Shown piece by piece: positions 26,201-37,855 of a stretch of DNA of 64,000 nt; positions within the stretch are counted from its first letter, which is position 1; every line of letters begins with the position of its first letter. Made by a program: the position numbers and the translations under genes. The notes below the pieces were generated by a model. That model ran no database searches and had not been told where the DNA came from. It worked only from the letters and a program-made list of their open reading frames with translations. The DNA lies in contig NW_014569535.1 in the NCBI RefSeq assembly GCF_000743755.1, positions 1 to 64,000 on the forward strand. The letters are read 5' to 3'. This stretch comes from Blastocystis sp. subtype 4 (taxonomy: Eukaryota).

Positions 26201-28602
26201 GAAGATGAGGAAGGAGAAGATGAAGAAAGTGAAGAAGAGAAGGATCGTGAGATGGGAGAATTGAGTGAGAATGATGAACAAGAGGTTTTGGATGAGAAAT
26301 TGTGGGATGAAAATGAGGAAGAACCTCCAACAGAGAATGAAAAGATTGAGCAAGATTCAAAACAGCAGAATGAGAAGAACACAGATGAAATGATGACAAA
26401 GGAGGAGGAACAGGAACAAGAGAAGGAAGGAGAGGATGGTGAGAAGAAAGAGGAAGAACAGGTGGAAGAGGAGATGGAGGAAGAGAAGGAAGAGATCAAT
26501 GACTTGAATGAACAGGAGTATGAAGATGATCATTTTGCTAATCAGGAACAAGAAGATGAACAGGAGGAATTGCCTGATAACATGCAAATTGAAGACTCAG
26601 GAGAAGAAGAGGAAATGGAGGAGAATGAAGAGGAAGAGATGAAGGAGGAGGTAGAAGAGGAGGTCGCAGAGAATGAGGAGGAAGAAGAGAAGGAAGAGAG
26701 TGAAGAAGAGAGTGTGGATATGGCTGGAAATGCAGAAGAAGAGGAGGAAGAGAAGGAAGAGGAAGATATAGAAGTAGATGACAACCCAGAAGAGACTAAA
26801 GAAGAAGAGAAGGAAGAAGAGAAGGAAAAATTAGAGAAGGAAAAATCAGCAATGCCTCCAACAGAAGGTGTTGCTGATGTGACAGGTGAAGACCAGGTTC
26901 TGGATACTCCGAAGGAGAAAGAGGAAGGAAAAAGAGAAGAAGAGAAAGAAGAAGAGAAGGAAGAAGATGAGAAGGAGAAAGAGGATCCTGCTGAAGAAGA
27001 GAAAGAAAGAGAAGGAGGTGATGGAGGTGAAGAGAAGGAAGGAGAGATGGAAGAGGAGGAGAAGGAAGAGGATATGAATCCTTACAAGAATCCCGAACAG
27101 ACTCAACGGAAGTGGCAAGAGCAGTATGAACGACTTCAAATGATCCCTCAAACAGAAGAAGAGAAGGAAGAGAAGGAAGCTACGATGGAGCGACAACCAC
27201 AGCCGTTGAGTGCTGAGGTGAAGCAGGAACAGAGTGGTCAAGAAGTGTTGGCTCCGTCACTTCAAGATGTGGACTTCAAGCCTGAAACTGAAGAGACAAA
27301 CCGTGTCGAGATTGAAGAAGGAGAGAGTGAAGATACAACTCCTCATGAGAATGAAGAGTATGAGAAGGAAATGGAACCAGAGAAGGAAGCTCAACCTCCG
27401 TTCCCTGAGAGTGACGAAGAGAGAAGCATTGAAGAGGAAGAGAAGAAACGAGTCACAGAGGCTTCGGCATTTGCATCGGATTTGTTTGATCAGGTTATGA
27501 AAGCAGGTGCTGGAAGTGAGATGAACAAGGAATCACTGGATGGAGTGTTGAGTAAGGATGATCTCCAACTCCAGTCAACAGAAGAAGAGACTGTTCGTTT
27601 GCCGTTTGTGGAGGAAGATAGTTATATGAATATGAATGTTCAGAGTCTGATTGTATCTCCTTCTTCAGATCCCAGTCTCGTTGCTAATGCATCAGCTATA
27701 TGGAAGGAATTCTTAGCTCAAACAGCCGACTTGTCTGGTCGTTTAACAGAACAACTGAGACTGTTGATGGAGCCAACAAAAGCAAGCAAACTCTCGGGAG
27801 ATTTCAAGACAGGAAAGCGAGTTAATATGCGAAAAGTGATTCCATTCATAGCATCGAACTATCGGAAGGATAAGATATGGTTGAGGAGAAGTCGTCCATC
27901 ACAGCGGGAATATCAGATAATGCTTGTGATTGATGATAGTGAGAGTATGAAACAGAACAACACAGGAATGATTACCTTCAAAACGTTAGCTTTGATAGGA
28001 AATGCATTGTCACAAGTATGATTCGATGATTGGAATGATTGATAGCTGGAAGTGGGACAGATTGGTGTAATGTCGTTTGGAGAGAGTGTGAAGTATATTC
28101 ATTCATTAGGAACACCTTTCACAGGTCAATCAGGTGCACAAATATTCACTCATTTCTCGTTTGCTCAAAAACATACCGATTTTGAGAAGTGTCTTCAATC
28201 ATTGATTGCTATTTTGGCTCAATCAAGACAACGTTTAAGTGGTGCAGCAAAGCGAGCTGTTCAGATTGCATTTGTTGTGAGTGATGGACGAATTCAAGAA
28301 GGACGTGATCGAATAGCCAAGTTACTGCGTGATGCTGAAGAGAATAACATCCTTGTAGTTTTATTGATTGTGGATGATACACGTAAGTGGAATGAAAGGG
28401 AGACTTATGAATAGCCAATCCTCAAGACTCGATTCTAAAGACAAAAGTGTATACTGGAAAGAAAGGTCGTCTGTTTGCAAATTATCTTGATAATTATCCA
28501 TTCCCATACTATTTAGTGGTTCGCTCGGTTCAATCATTGCCCGAAATCCTATCCGATGCGTTAACACAGTGGTTTGAGATGATAAATTCTAGAAGTGACT
28601 AA
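11208..28602 (+). CDS. MDN1: Midasin / Rea1 AAA+ ATPase (60S ribosome biogenesis), multi-exon
   Basis: Six Walker A motifs (GASGCGKT, GETGCGKT, GPTSSGKT, GGTGCGKT, GSPGVGKT, GDSGSGKS), LLDELNLA Walker B motifs, long linker, D/E-rich tail and MIDAS domain (GKRVNMRKVIPFIAS, VIDDSESM, VSDG). Ends QWFEMINSRSD*. Confidence 0.97.
25970..27445 (+). repeat. GAA/GAG-rich low-complexity coding tract (midasin D/E-rich tail)
   Basis: Purine-rich tract encoding Glu/Lys runs. It explains the spurious antisense Ser/Phe/Leu ORFs. Confidence 0.9.
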
Positions 28603-28608
28603 TGAATT

Positions 28609-28623
28609 TGTTTGAAACAAACA
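28609..28623. terminator. Back-to-back 3'-end motifs for MDN1 (+) and RPB3 (-)
   Basis: TGTTTGAAACAAACA. Confidence 0.75.
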
Positions 28624-28627
28624 CAAG

Positions 28628-29684
28628 AGTGTCCATCTACTAACATCGTATCACGTACACACCGTTGAATCTCTGCCATCTTCATCTCCAAAACACGAAT
28701 ACTCTCTTTCAGAATCTCCAGAGGACGTACTGATCCTGTCGATTCGACTGTGAACTCATATTCATTGGGAACTTGTGAAATTGTCACCACTTTGTCAGCA
28801 TAACTGGTATTGAAGTTCTCGCAATCACCACAGAACATGCACTCGTGTGAATTCTTCACAACCACACGCTGTGTAGCAGGATCGATAGAAAAGACGTTTC
28901 GACAGCAACTATCTACAAACCTCTGTTTAAAATCTGAATCTTTCGTATCCATTAGTTCTGAGTATTATTCCACTCAATCTCCACTACCTCGATTGATTGT
29001 GACAATTGGTACATACTTCATCGAAACTGTTCCTACGGGAGACCATTTTGTATGTTCCTTCCCAACACCCTACAATTAACTTGCCTGAGAGATCCTACCA
29101 GAATAGCTTTGCATTCAACTCTCAAGGATTGTCCAGGAGCAAGAGCAACAATTCGAATTCCATTTTCATTGTTTGCTTGGGCTTCTTCCATACTAGCAGC
29201 ATGTGCAGGAGCATAGTTTGGATGTAGTGACTTCAAGTCTTTGCTTGTAACATTTATGGGTCTGTCTCCTCGACCTAGCTATGAGAAAATTGTTTCGGTC
29301 TTACAGGTGACATCGATCGTAAGTCGTACAGTACAACGATCACATTCCTCAGCGCACTCAAAGTAATCTTTGAGTCCAGTAGAAGGATCATCACTAATAC
29401 GACGGATAGGTATGAGACCGAGTCTGTGAGCAATATATTCATCAACGAGAACAGATGTATTTTCTAAAATAGTTACAGTACGAATTGCGACAGAGGGCAC
29501 CTAGAATTCAAAACTTGCTACCAAAGCAGACTTCGGCAATCATAATTCTTCGAAGACCATTTGCAATACTTGCATCTACTCCTCGAAGAGTGAATTTCAG
29601 TGTATCTTCAGTCAACTCGGTGATCCTAGAATTGTAAGTGGATGAAGATGTAAATGAATACTGAATGTGTTTAAATTCTTCCAT
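28628..29684 (-). CDS. RPB3: RNA polymerase II subunit RPB3; stop probably made by polyadenylation
   Basis: DASIANGLRRIMIAEVPSVAI, ENTSVLVDEYIAHRLGLIPI, Zn site CAEECDRC, GKEHTKWSP and FTVESTGS. The GKEHxKWSP motif and Zn site favour RPB3 over RPC40. Confidence 0.9.
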
Positions 29685-29858
29685 AGCGAATAATACACTT
29701 TTCACACCCACTGAGTGATTAATGAGCGAATTCAAAACAACTGACAGAAATAGTCGATATTTTGACTGTTTATCCAATTCAGATTCTCAATTACATTCAA
29801 ACAAACACAATCAAACTATTGCGCAAGCAATGGCAATTTTTCTGCACAAAAAACAAAT

Positions 29859-31842
29859 CTATTGGTTACTCCCTCTATCAACATCTACAGTCTGCCAATA
29901 CTCCTTCAATTCATGATACATTAATTCTTTCTTTACGTGCCGTAGCAACCCAGAATTCTTAACCATCTGGTCAAAGACGGGATTCTCTCCTTTAAGGACT
30001 GTTAATGTAGAGTAGACCGTGATAAAGTTCTTTGTCCATATCCGAAAAACAAGCGAACACTGTTTCCCACAATTAACAGATAAGATCATTAATCCTTGGT
30101 CTAGTGCTTCCACATTCCATCCTAAAAGAGTCAATTGTTGCTACAAATGAGAATTCTCGTGTGCTGACTACCCTTACAGAGGCCTCATACACCTCCTCTT
30201 TCATTAGAACCTTATTTTGTGTGTTAAGGATTCCCATCTTTGCAATCTATGATCAGATTTGCTTCAAACTACGTACATAATGATTTCCTTCCAATTCAGC
30301 CATTTGACTAATAATCATTCGAATATCATATTGCAGATTATCAATGATTCCATTCAATGTGTACCTTTCTTGAATTAGGGCCTATCAGTTAATGAGCCTG
30401 AGAAACGTTACATAGAGGCTTTCAACATGTTGTTGATTTTCAAGTATCTTCTGGAGACACTTTTGGAACTTCACAAGCTTCTATACATAACATCACGATG
30501 CCATCTCCACTTTGCCGGTATCAATGCAAAATGACTTAATGTCTCGTATCCTATCACAAAGAGACTCCCGAATGACGCTAGGCGACTCGAAATTGAATAC
30601 ATGTTGGGAGGCTGATGATCGTTTCTCCTCAGTAATGCTGTCCTCGGATAGCAGTAGATCCTCAGGGAATGACTCTGAATCTATGGAGGCTCTACCAACA
30701 TCGAAGGTATGAGAGGATTGACGAGTCCCAGTGGATGGAGACTGAGTACTGGTCGAAGAAGAGTCTCTCTCAAGTGCAACAAAATGGTTAATTGATGAAG
30801 GATACGTATCACTGACTGCATGCTGGGACCGTGGTGTTAGTGGTTGGAAGAAGGAGGTTCCATGAACGGTGAGATTAGCAGCTCCCAGTGTATGAGCATG
30901 ACGAGGAGTCAGTACAGGAGCTGATACAGACGATAGACGTGGAGAGTGCAGTTTTTCCGGTTGGAACGATTCACTGCGAGCAGCATTTAATTGCTCCAAA
31001 TCATTCAGAGAGAGACGACAACGAGGAGTATCCGTAACATGAGGAGTTCGCTCTCGCTGTGATTCCATTACCATAGGCCTGCCAATGGAGGCAGCAACTT
31101 CCTCTTCATCAAAGGTGAATACGAGAGGACTAACTGGAGATTCGGGAGAGGAATATGAAGACGAATCGGAATCAATAGCAGAGCTACTCTGGGAGTCAAG
31201 AGTACTCGATCGAAAACGGAGGTATTGACGAAGACGACTTATGGGAATTGTTTCTGGATCACTATCCTCCTAAACGTCACAATTCTATTGAACCATTACC
31301 ATTTCGTCAATTTCGTCGAGCAAAGAATCATTTCGTTTAGTTTCTTCGTCCTCCACAATGATAACTGAAACTCGTTTCTGTTTATTGAAGAGATAATCAC
31401 ATTCCTTAGAATTAGTAGTATCAACAATATGTACTTCTTTTGATAATGGAACGTATTCAGTGGTTGGCCATGAATCCCTGAATTCCATTGCATCAACACC
31501 ATCAAACCGAATTGCTTTATTGTTGTTCTTTGGAATGAAATATCGCTTTTCCTTTTCATCCCAATGCAAGGTGATGGGAGTATCTACACAAGCTGGACGG
31601 TCCGGAATTTGGTAATAAGAAGACGGGTATAATACTCTCCGTTTGTCCCGAGTCCGAAAGAACGGAGGTTGCACAATCATCTCTTGTTGCTGCTCAATCA
31701 TAGGAGACCTACTGCCATCTGTCTCTAGAGTCCCTTCGGAACACGATACAAAGATTTCATTCTACTTCATTACTATTGGAGACACTAAGCTTACTTGAAT
31801 CTCAGCTTCATCGAAGGTGAACACATGAGATGTGTTACTCAT
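29859..31842 (-). CDS. Hypothetical protein: Ser-rich disordered N-terminal/middle region and a folded (possibly PH-like) C-terminal domain
   Basis: ATG at 31842 (MSNTSHVFTFDEAEIQ), a 33-nt intron, then ORFs 31285-31701, 30493-31074 and 29859-30134 joined by ~30 nt introns. The domain call is a guess. Confidence 0.6.
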
Positions 31843-31911
31843 TATTCCATATCGCAACAAGGTAACAAAGGAAGATGTATAATACCAGATAATGTTACAA
31901 TAAACAACGAA

Positions 31912-34002
31912 CTAAAGGAAAAATTTCATAGCTGCATACAACAAAGTGCCAAGAAGCAAAATGATAACAATCATCGTTTCTACAGAGATCTCAGAAGAGT
32001 ACAGAATGGAGTGTTTCAGCTCACTGCACTGTACAGTCAGAGTGAAATTCGTTAACACGTTCTTCGAGAATCGTTGGAAGGACCGAATGTCCGTCAGTAG
32101 TTGTAGTAGGAGTTGAGTATCAGATTCACTCTCTTGCCGAATGGTCTGGAAGTCAATATCCATAAACGAATCGATATAAAAGCTGAACTGATTACACAGA
32201 TTCACTAATTCAGCAAAGAGATGCTGATACTGATCTGGTTGTTTAGGATAACTCTCAGCATAATACTGAGACAGATATTCGCGTGTTATCACAATCTTGC
32301 TTCCAATCACTGGATTTCCACTATTCATGAGTTCAAATTCTGATTCTAACATGATAGAAAAGACATATTCATTTAGAACAGTATATATCCTTTCAAGTTC
32401 TTCAATGATCGTATTCACGAGTAGTATCAACCGATTCTGTTGATACACATCTGTGAAAATGCGACTCACTTTCATTTCATTATTGCTTTGAAATGGGTGA
32501 TGACCTAGAGCCAACATAAACCGATTCTCTTGATATGGAGATACTAGGTTAAAATTCTCCAATCCCGCCTAGATGAGAGAATAACTCAATTCCTACCATT
32601 CCCTCAAAGATAGAACTAATAATATAATTCAGAGTGCGATTTCCCATATTGTCTCCAGAGTAATACGAAGGATCAGTGGTAAATCCTCTTCGTAGCATAG
32701 AATCAGACCGAATCACAATAATATTCTCAGAATTGCTGAAATAGAGTTTCTGTCCTTCGAATAAGACAGGTTCATCACTGACATCAAGAACGAAGAGAGG
32801 GAAGAAATCACTTTGTGTACCTTGATTCTGCACTTGATGTCTACGGAATAAATACTTTCGTGACTGTAATGCGGTTTGAAGTACTAGTGACAATTGCTCT
32901 CCATCCTTCAATTTAGGATTTCATCCATTCATACAATTCGACTGTAGGGTTTATAAGTTACAGTGTTGTTCTGACTGAAGAGAGAAATAGATTCTATGAA
33001 GGTGGAACGAATCGAATTCATCAGTGTGATGTTGTTTCGGAGATAAATGAATTCTGTGATAAGACTGATTCGACGCGTTCGGAAGTGAGATTTGAAGAGT
33101 GATCGGAGACTCATCTTGATTTCCTCCATTTCTTGCTGCAATGGGCCTAAACGAGGTGAATATGCATCTGTCATCGTGAAAAATACGATCTGAAGGAACA
33201 ATTGATGATGTGCTTGTATATGGGTATTATTGACAATATTGGGAAAGAAAATGTTTTCCACAATATGTTTCGTTGAAAGTGCGACTGTATCCAATTTCAT
33301 GCTTTGATCTATCTAATCATGCGAATAAAGCACTACCAAAAGCATATTCATAAGCGAGAGTATTATGGATATTGTGGTTATCGAGTTCTGTACTACATAC
33401 AACAGGTCCAGCAGCTATATCGATGAAAATAAAGCGATTTGCACTTATAAAATACTACACTTCAATCCATTCACTAATCAAAACAGTGCTTATCATGTTT
33501 TCATCATTGAACCTGAAATAGTATCGATAATAATAAGCATCTGCATTTCTATCCACCGTTGGCAACATTTCCGATTTGGAGGGATTCACAAAAATGATCT
33601 ACCCATGAAAAGAAGCCAGTTCCATTAACCGAAAGAGGAGTCTGAAAATCACTTGAGTAGCCAGAATTACATTGTTCAGCCACTACAACTCAACATCATG
33701 TATGAACACTCACACTTATCACCCATTCGATTAATAATATCTTGGAGTTCGAGAGAACCGATATTGATGACATAATTCGAATAGGCTTTGGGAATGATCC
33801 TCACATCTTCCTTCTTTAAAAATTGACGTGCTACAAATTAGAAGACTAATGATCTTTGTACTCATTGTCTCATTGAGAACAGTTTGATAGCGCTGCAACA
33901 ATCCCCCACGAATATGAACAACCTATCTCTAAAAGCTGATAAGAATACCAACATTATAATCAATCCCAAACCACACTTTGGAATCCTGATACTCCATTCC
34001 AT
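31912..34002 (-). CDS. Uncharacterised type I-like membrane protein (N-terminal hydrophobic segment, C-terminal TM)
   Basis: ATG at 34002 (MEWSIRIPKCGLGLIIMLVFLSA), many exons, C-terminal TM MIVIILLLGTLLYAAM. Segments FPLFVLDVS and ALGHHPF recall an uncharacterised plant/protist TM family (unverified). Confidence 0.65.
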
Positions 34003-34331
34003 TTCGTATTCTAGGGAGAACAGAAGACAAATGATTCTCTAGGAGATTTTGGAGTTCCTTAATTGTAAAATCCTTGTTGAAGCCCAAGAGACCAATGTTA
34101 ACCTTATTCTTTAGTTCAATTCGATTCTACAATAAGAATAGAAACATAAGAAAATAGTTACATGCAAAAAACGGTTATAATCCTTCTGAGAGTACACTAC
34201 TTGTAAATCCTTTTCGGGATTATAGCCCAGAACAAGAGTAATAAGAATAATAAATCTACAAAGAAACATCAACAAGGAAATGATCCAACAAACAACCCAC
34301 TAAACAAATCCACTTTACCCTAGTTAGCAGT

Positions 34332-35107
34332 TCATTCTTCCTCAGGCTTTTTTCCTCTGCTGATCAACCAAGCATTGTTCTTCTTCTTGTTAACATATTT
34401 GCGATCTGGAGTCCAGTTCGAAGGGATCTTGAGGTCCAGAATTGGTCTGTCTTTTAAGTAGTACAACTTCGATTTGCGTTGTCTCCTTTCACCATTCTTC
34501 AAGAAAGATTCCTGGATTAACTATCACTTATTACTCTGCACCAGTTATACCCTCACAGACTTTATATCAGGTTGATATGTTGAAAATAGAATTGTTACAC
34601 CCTCACCTGCAATATTCTATGAATCAACAACCGAATTCATCACCAACACAACGAATTGTAAACGTTGAATTGTAGTAATCATTGTGTTTGGCAATACACA
34701 CGCCTCGGAAGACTTCTTCTGTTCGACTATCTCCTCTCTTCTTCATCTAACCATTAAGCATCCCAAACATTCCTACAGTGACTTCAATGGCATCTCCTGA
34801 TCGGAAGCTATCAAAGTCCATGTTTTGCCTAGCAGATTCGGCTGCTTCCATTGATAATTGCTTAATCAGGGAATTCGCACTAAGAATTACTTTCCAGAGT
34901 AAGAAATCACCGTTTATGAGGCTCCTTCAGTTTGATATGGTTCGGATTCGGCTTAATGTTGAAAGGAAGCGAGCAAACATTATATGGAGGCCATTTCTCC
35001 TGTTCTGGTGATGTCGGAGGTATTTCGCTCGAGAAATAGGCCAGGAATGCTCGAGGAGCTGTACGACACACAGTCCTTGATAAGGCGCTAGTAAATGACG
35101 TCAGCAT
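34332..35107 (-). CDS. MRPL19: Mitochondrial ribosomal protein bL19m
   Basis: Presequence MLTSFTSALSRTVCRTAPRAF, then FRSGDAIEV, EVFRGVCIA, STFTIR, GEGV and RQRKSKLYYLKDR (the L19 signature is VRRAKLYYLR). Confidence 0.88.
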
Positions 35108-35141
35108 CGTCAACTATGCGAAAAACAAGGAAATCAATGGG

Positions 35142-35158
35142 TCCTTGATTATCAAGGA
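35142..35158. promoter_or_regulatory. Palindrome TCCTTGAT-T-ATCAAGGA in a divergent promoter
   Basis: Perfect 8-bp inverted repeat with a 1-nt spacer between the MRPL19 ATG (35107) and the AT-1 ATG (35200). A related sequence lies at 45931-45944. Confidence 0.45.
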
Positions 35159-35199
35159 TGATCAAACAGTTCTTTCTGTGAACTTATATTCTTTGTCTG

Positions 35200-37069
35200 A
35201 TGAAATTCTTCGATGTAGGTGAAGACTGGGTTCATCACAGAATAGTTTGCATCTGACTTGGAAGGAGATAGGAAGACCATCCTGTTTCTAACATTCCTTT
35301 ACATTCTCCAAGTACTTTGTGAAGTCCATATTTCATTTCTAGGGAATCCCATTGGGTTTATCGAATACTATCTCCATTCTTCTTCAGCAACAACATGTTT
35401 CATATGGTGAACAGGCAGTTTTTAATTATTGCAGTTTTCCTTACTCATTGAAAATGTTATGGGCTCCTGTCGTTGATGCAGTGTATTCCTTTTCTTCTTT
35501 TGTAACAACCAGATGGTCAAAACGAATGGGAAGACGAAAGACCTGGATTGTACCACTTCAACTGTTAATTGGCATCATGTTTATTTCCTTATCTTCTGTA
35601 ATTGAGAAAACCCTGTACTCTGAATCTCCAAATATCCCTTTTCTCACTGTTTGCTTTTTCATTTTCTATCTTCTCGCAGCTACACAGGACATTGCTGTCG
35701 ATGCTTGGGCTCTAACTATGCTATCTAAGAAGAACAAGGGTTGGCAGAGCACCTGTAATTCTGTTGGCCAAACTCTTGGCGTCCATTTAGCGTTTGTGTC
35801 TTCGGTTATTGTTAATAATAGGAACTCTGTATTTCTGGCACTGAATGAGCCAACATTCCTTTCATCAATTCGTGGTTCTGTAGGTCCCATAGTGACATTG
35901 CGTCAATTTTGCTTGTTTTGGGGAGTGGTTTATATAATGTATACTTTGTACATTCTGTTCTTCGTTGAAGAGAAGGAAGAAGAGGTGGAACCAGTCAAAC
36001 AGATGAAATCAGAGATTCCGAATCCTACGGAAGGTGAACCTCTTATCACTCGAAGACGTTCTCCAAGACCTTCTGAATCTAAGGAAATGGATGAACCAAA
36101 GAATGAGAGTGATGCAACCATGTCTCTTTCTCAGACCTACAAATTGTATTTTGATATTCTTAAGAATCCCTATGTATTCTTTCATCTTCTTCTTCACACA
36201 TAGTTCCTTCGTTTGGCGTTAATCCTTCTGACCAATCGAATTGGTGTTTTCCCCGCAGAAGCCGCCTCTAATCTTCGTTTGATTGATAAGGGTATGGAAA
36301 GCGTGGCTCTGACATCACTCAAGATGTTCTATTTCCCTCTTGAGATGGTGATTACAGTCTTGGTGAGTAGAATCCTTTCTCGAGTTCATCCTCTCATTCT
36401 GATGCAACGATGTTATGTGTGTCGTATCTCGATGGCAATGATTCTAGCTTGTTTTATTCATTTTCTTCCAGGTATGTGTAGAGGAGCGTGTTGAGAATAG
36501 ATGTTGATCAGGGCATGATGGAGAAGAAGTACTATCCCATTGCATATATTCTGATTATTCTCAGCAGTGCATCAGCTCAATCCATGAATGTGAGCGCAGT
36601 AGTCCCAGGATTAAGGAATGACCAATAGATGACCTATTTTGCTCAAATCTCCGATCCTCGCTTTGGAGGTAGTTATATGTCATTATTCAATACTATTTCC
36701 AATCTGGGCCACAATATGTATGTGTCTCCCTTCCTGTCGTTAATTGATGTGACATCGAAGCGAGAGTGTGTACTGTAAAGGTGAAAATGATATTCAATTG
36801 TAGTGGAGATGAGGTTATTATGAAGACATGTGTTTGCAAGGACATGTACTTGAAATGCAAGAATATGGGAGGAATGTGTGTAACATCTCGTGATGGGTAC
36901 ATGTAGAATTGTAGTAATATGTAGATTCTATTTACTTGCTTGGCCTACGTTCATTTATGGGTTAATCTGGTCAGTAGCCATGAAGGGACAGTTTGCTGTG
37001 TTACGAGTAAGTGTATATGACAGTATTTATATTCAGAGTGTGGATAGAGAGAAATGGAAAGTGATTTGA
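35200..37069 (+). CDS. SLC33A1: ER acetyl-CoA transporter (AT-1/SLC33A1 family, MFS)
   Basis: LEGDRKTILFLTFLYILQGIPLGL, PYSLKMLWAPVVDA, GRRKTWIVPLQ, AATQDIAVDAWAL, STCNSVGQTLG, ISDPRFGGSYMSLFNTISNLG and RDGFY. Ends EKWKVI*. Confidence 0.92.
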
Positions 37070-37071
37070 GG

Positions 37072-37086
37072 TGTTTCATACAAACA
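37072..37086. terminator. Back-to-back 3'-end motifs for AT-1 (+) and the DIX-like gene (-)
   Basis: TGTTTCATACAAACA. Confidence 0.65.
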
Positions 37087-37092
37087 CGATAG

Positions 37093-37767
37093 CTAGATAC
37101 CAAGACTTGCCCATGGATCTGTAGCTTGTTGAGGAGTAGTGAAGTTGGCAAATGAATCAAATACATCTATAATGGAAAGAACCCCATTCTGTGTACCTCC
37201 AGATGATGTGGCCTTTGGCGGAGCAGAAGCTGGACTCATAGGACTCTACGAATGGTGACAAACGACTACAATTACAATCGAACTGAAGAAATCCTCTGTA
37301 GAAGGAACTGGATCGCTCTTTATAGTGCTCTCAGAAACAGGTTCTGTAGATTTGGATGATTCTTCAAAAACAGTTGGTTTCGGAGCAGTCCGCTTTGGAC
37401 TGACCTTTCGTGTCTCCTTCTTCATGACCTTTGCAGCAGAAGCAGGAAGACGAGTCACTTTCATCATGATGGTACCATCAAATGAAGGAACCACTTCATC
37501 ATCTTTACTTACATCAAACCAAACTAGATATTATGATGATGGGTCAAATCACACTCCATGTTTTCTTGAAAGCACGTTTGAACCGAAAGTAATAGGTTCC
37601 AGGAATTGGAAATGACTACAAAATAAGATCCATGAGTGATAATTCACGTTTCGGATGTCTGTTACGGTAATCGTAGTTGACTTCTTATCAATTGAATATA
37701 CGTTAGGATGATCCATATCGTCTCCATCTTCAGGAATATAATATTGAATCACACTTTTGTTGCTCAT
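37093..37767 (-). CDS. Small protein with N-terminal DIX-like domain and disordered tail
   Basis: Spliced MSNKSVIQYYIPEDGDDMDHPNVYSI...ITVTDIRNSFPIPGTYYFRFK...VWFDVSKDDEVVPSFDGTIMMKVTRL matches the DIX pattern (Y, TL.D, Y.F.FK, D...P.F.G.I..KV). Ends DPWASLGI*. Confidence 0.75.
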
Positions 37768-37855
37768 TACGCGAGAAAATGAACGAGTCAGAAATAGGGC
37801 AATTCTTCGATAAAAAGTCAATTGGGTCTTTTGGTCTCAATCGAAAACAAGTGAC

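Noticed and set aside
25735..27241. Long antisense Ser/Phe/Leu-rich ORFs
   Set aside because: Mirror of the GAA/GAG-rich midasin acidic tail, with no independent coding signal.
35483..35512. Possible U12-type intron (GTATTCCTTT)
   Set aside because: Does not match GTATCCTT exactly and lacks a TCCTTAAC branch site.
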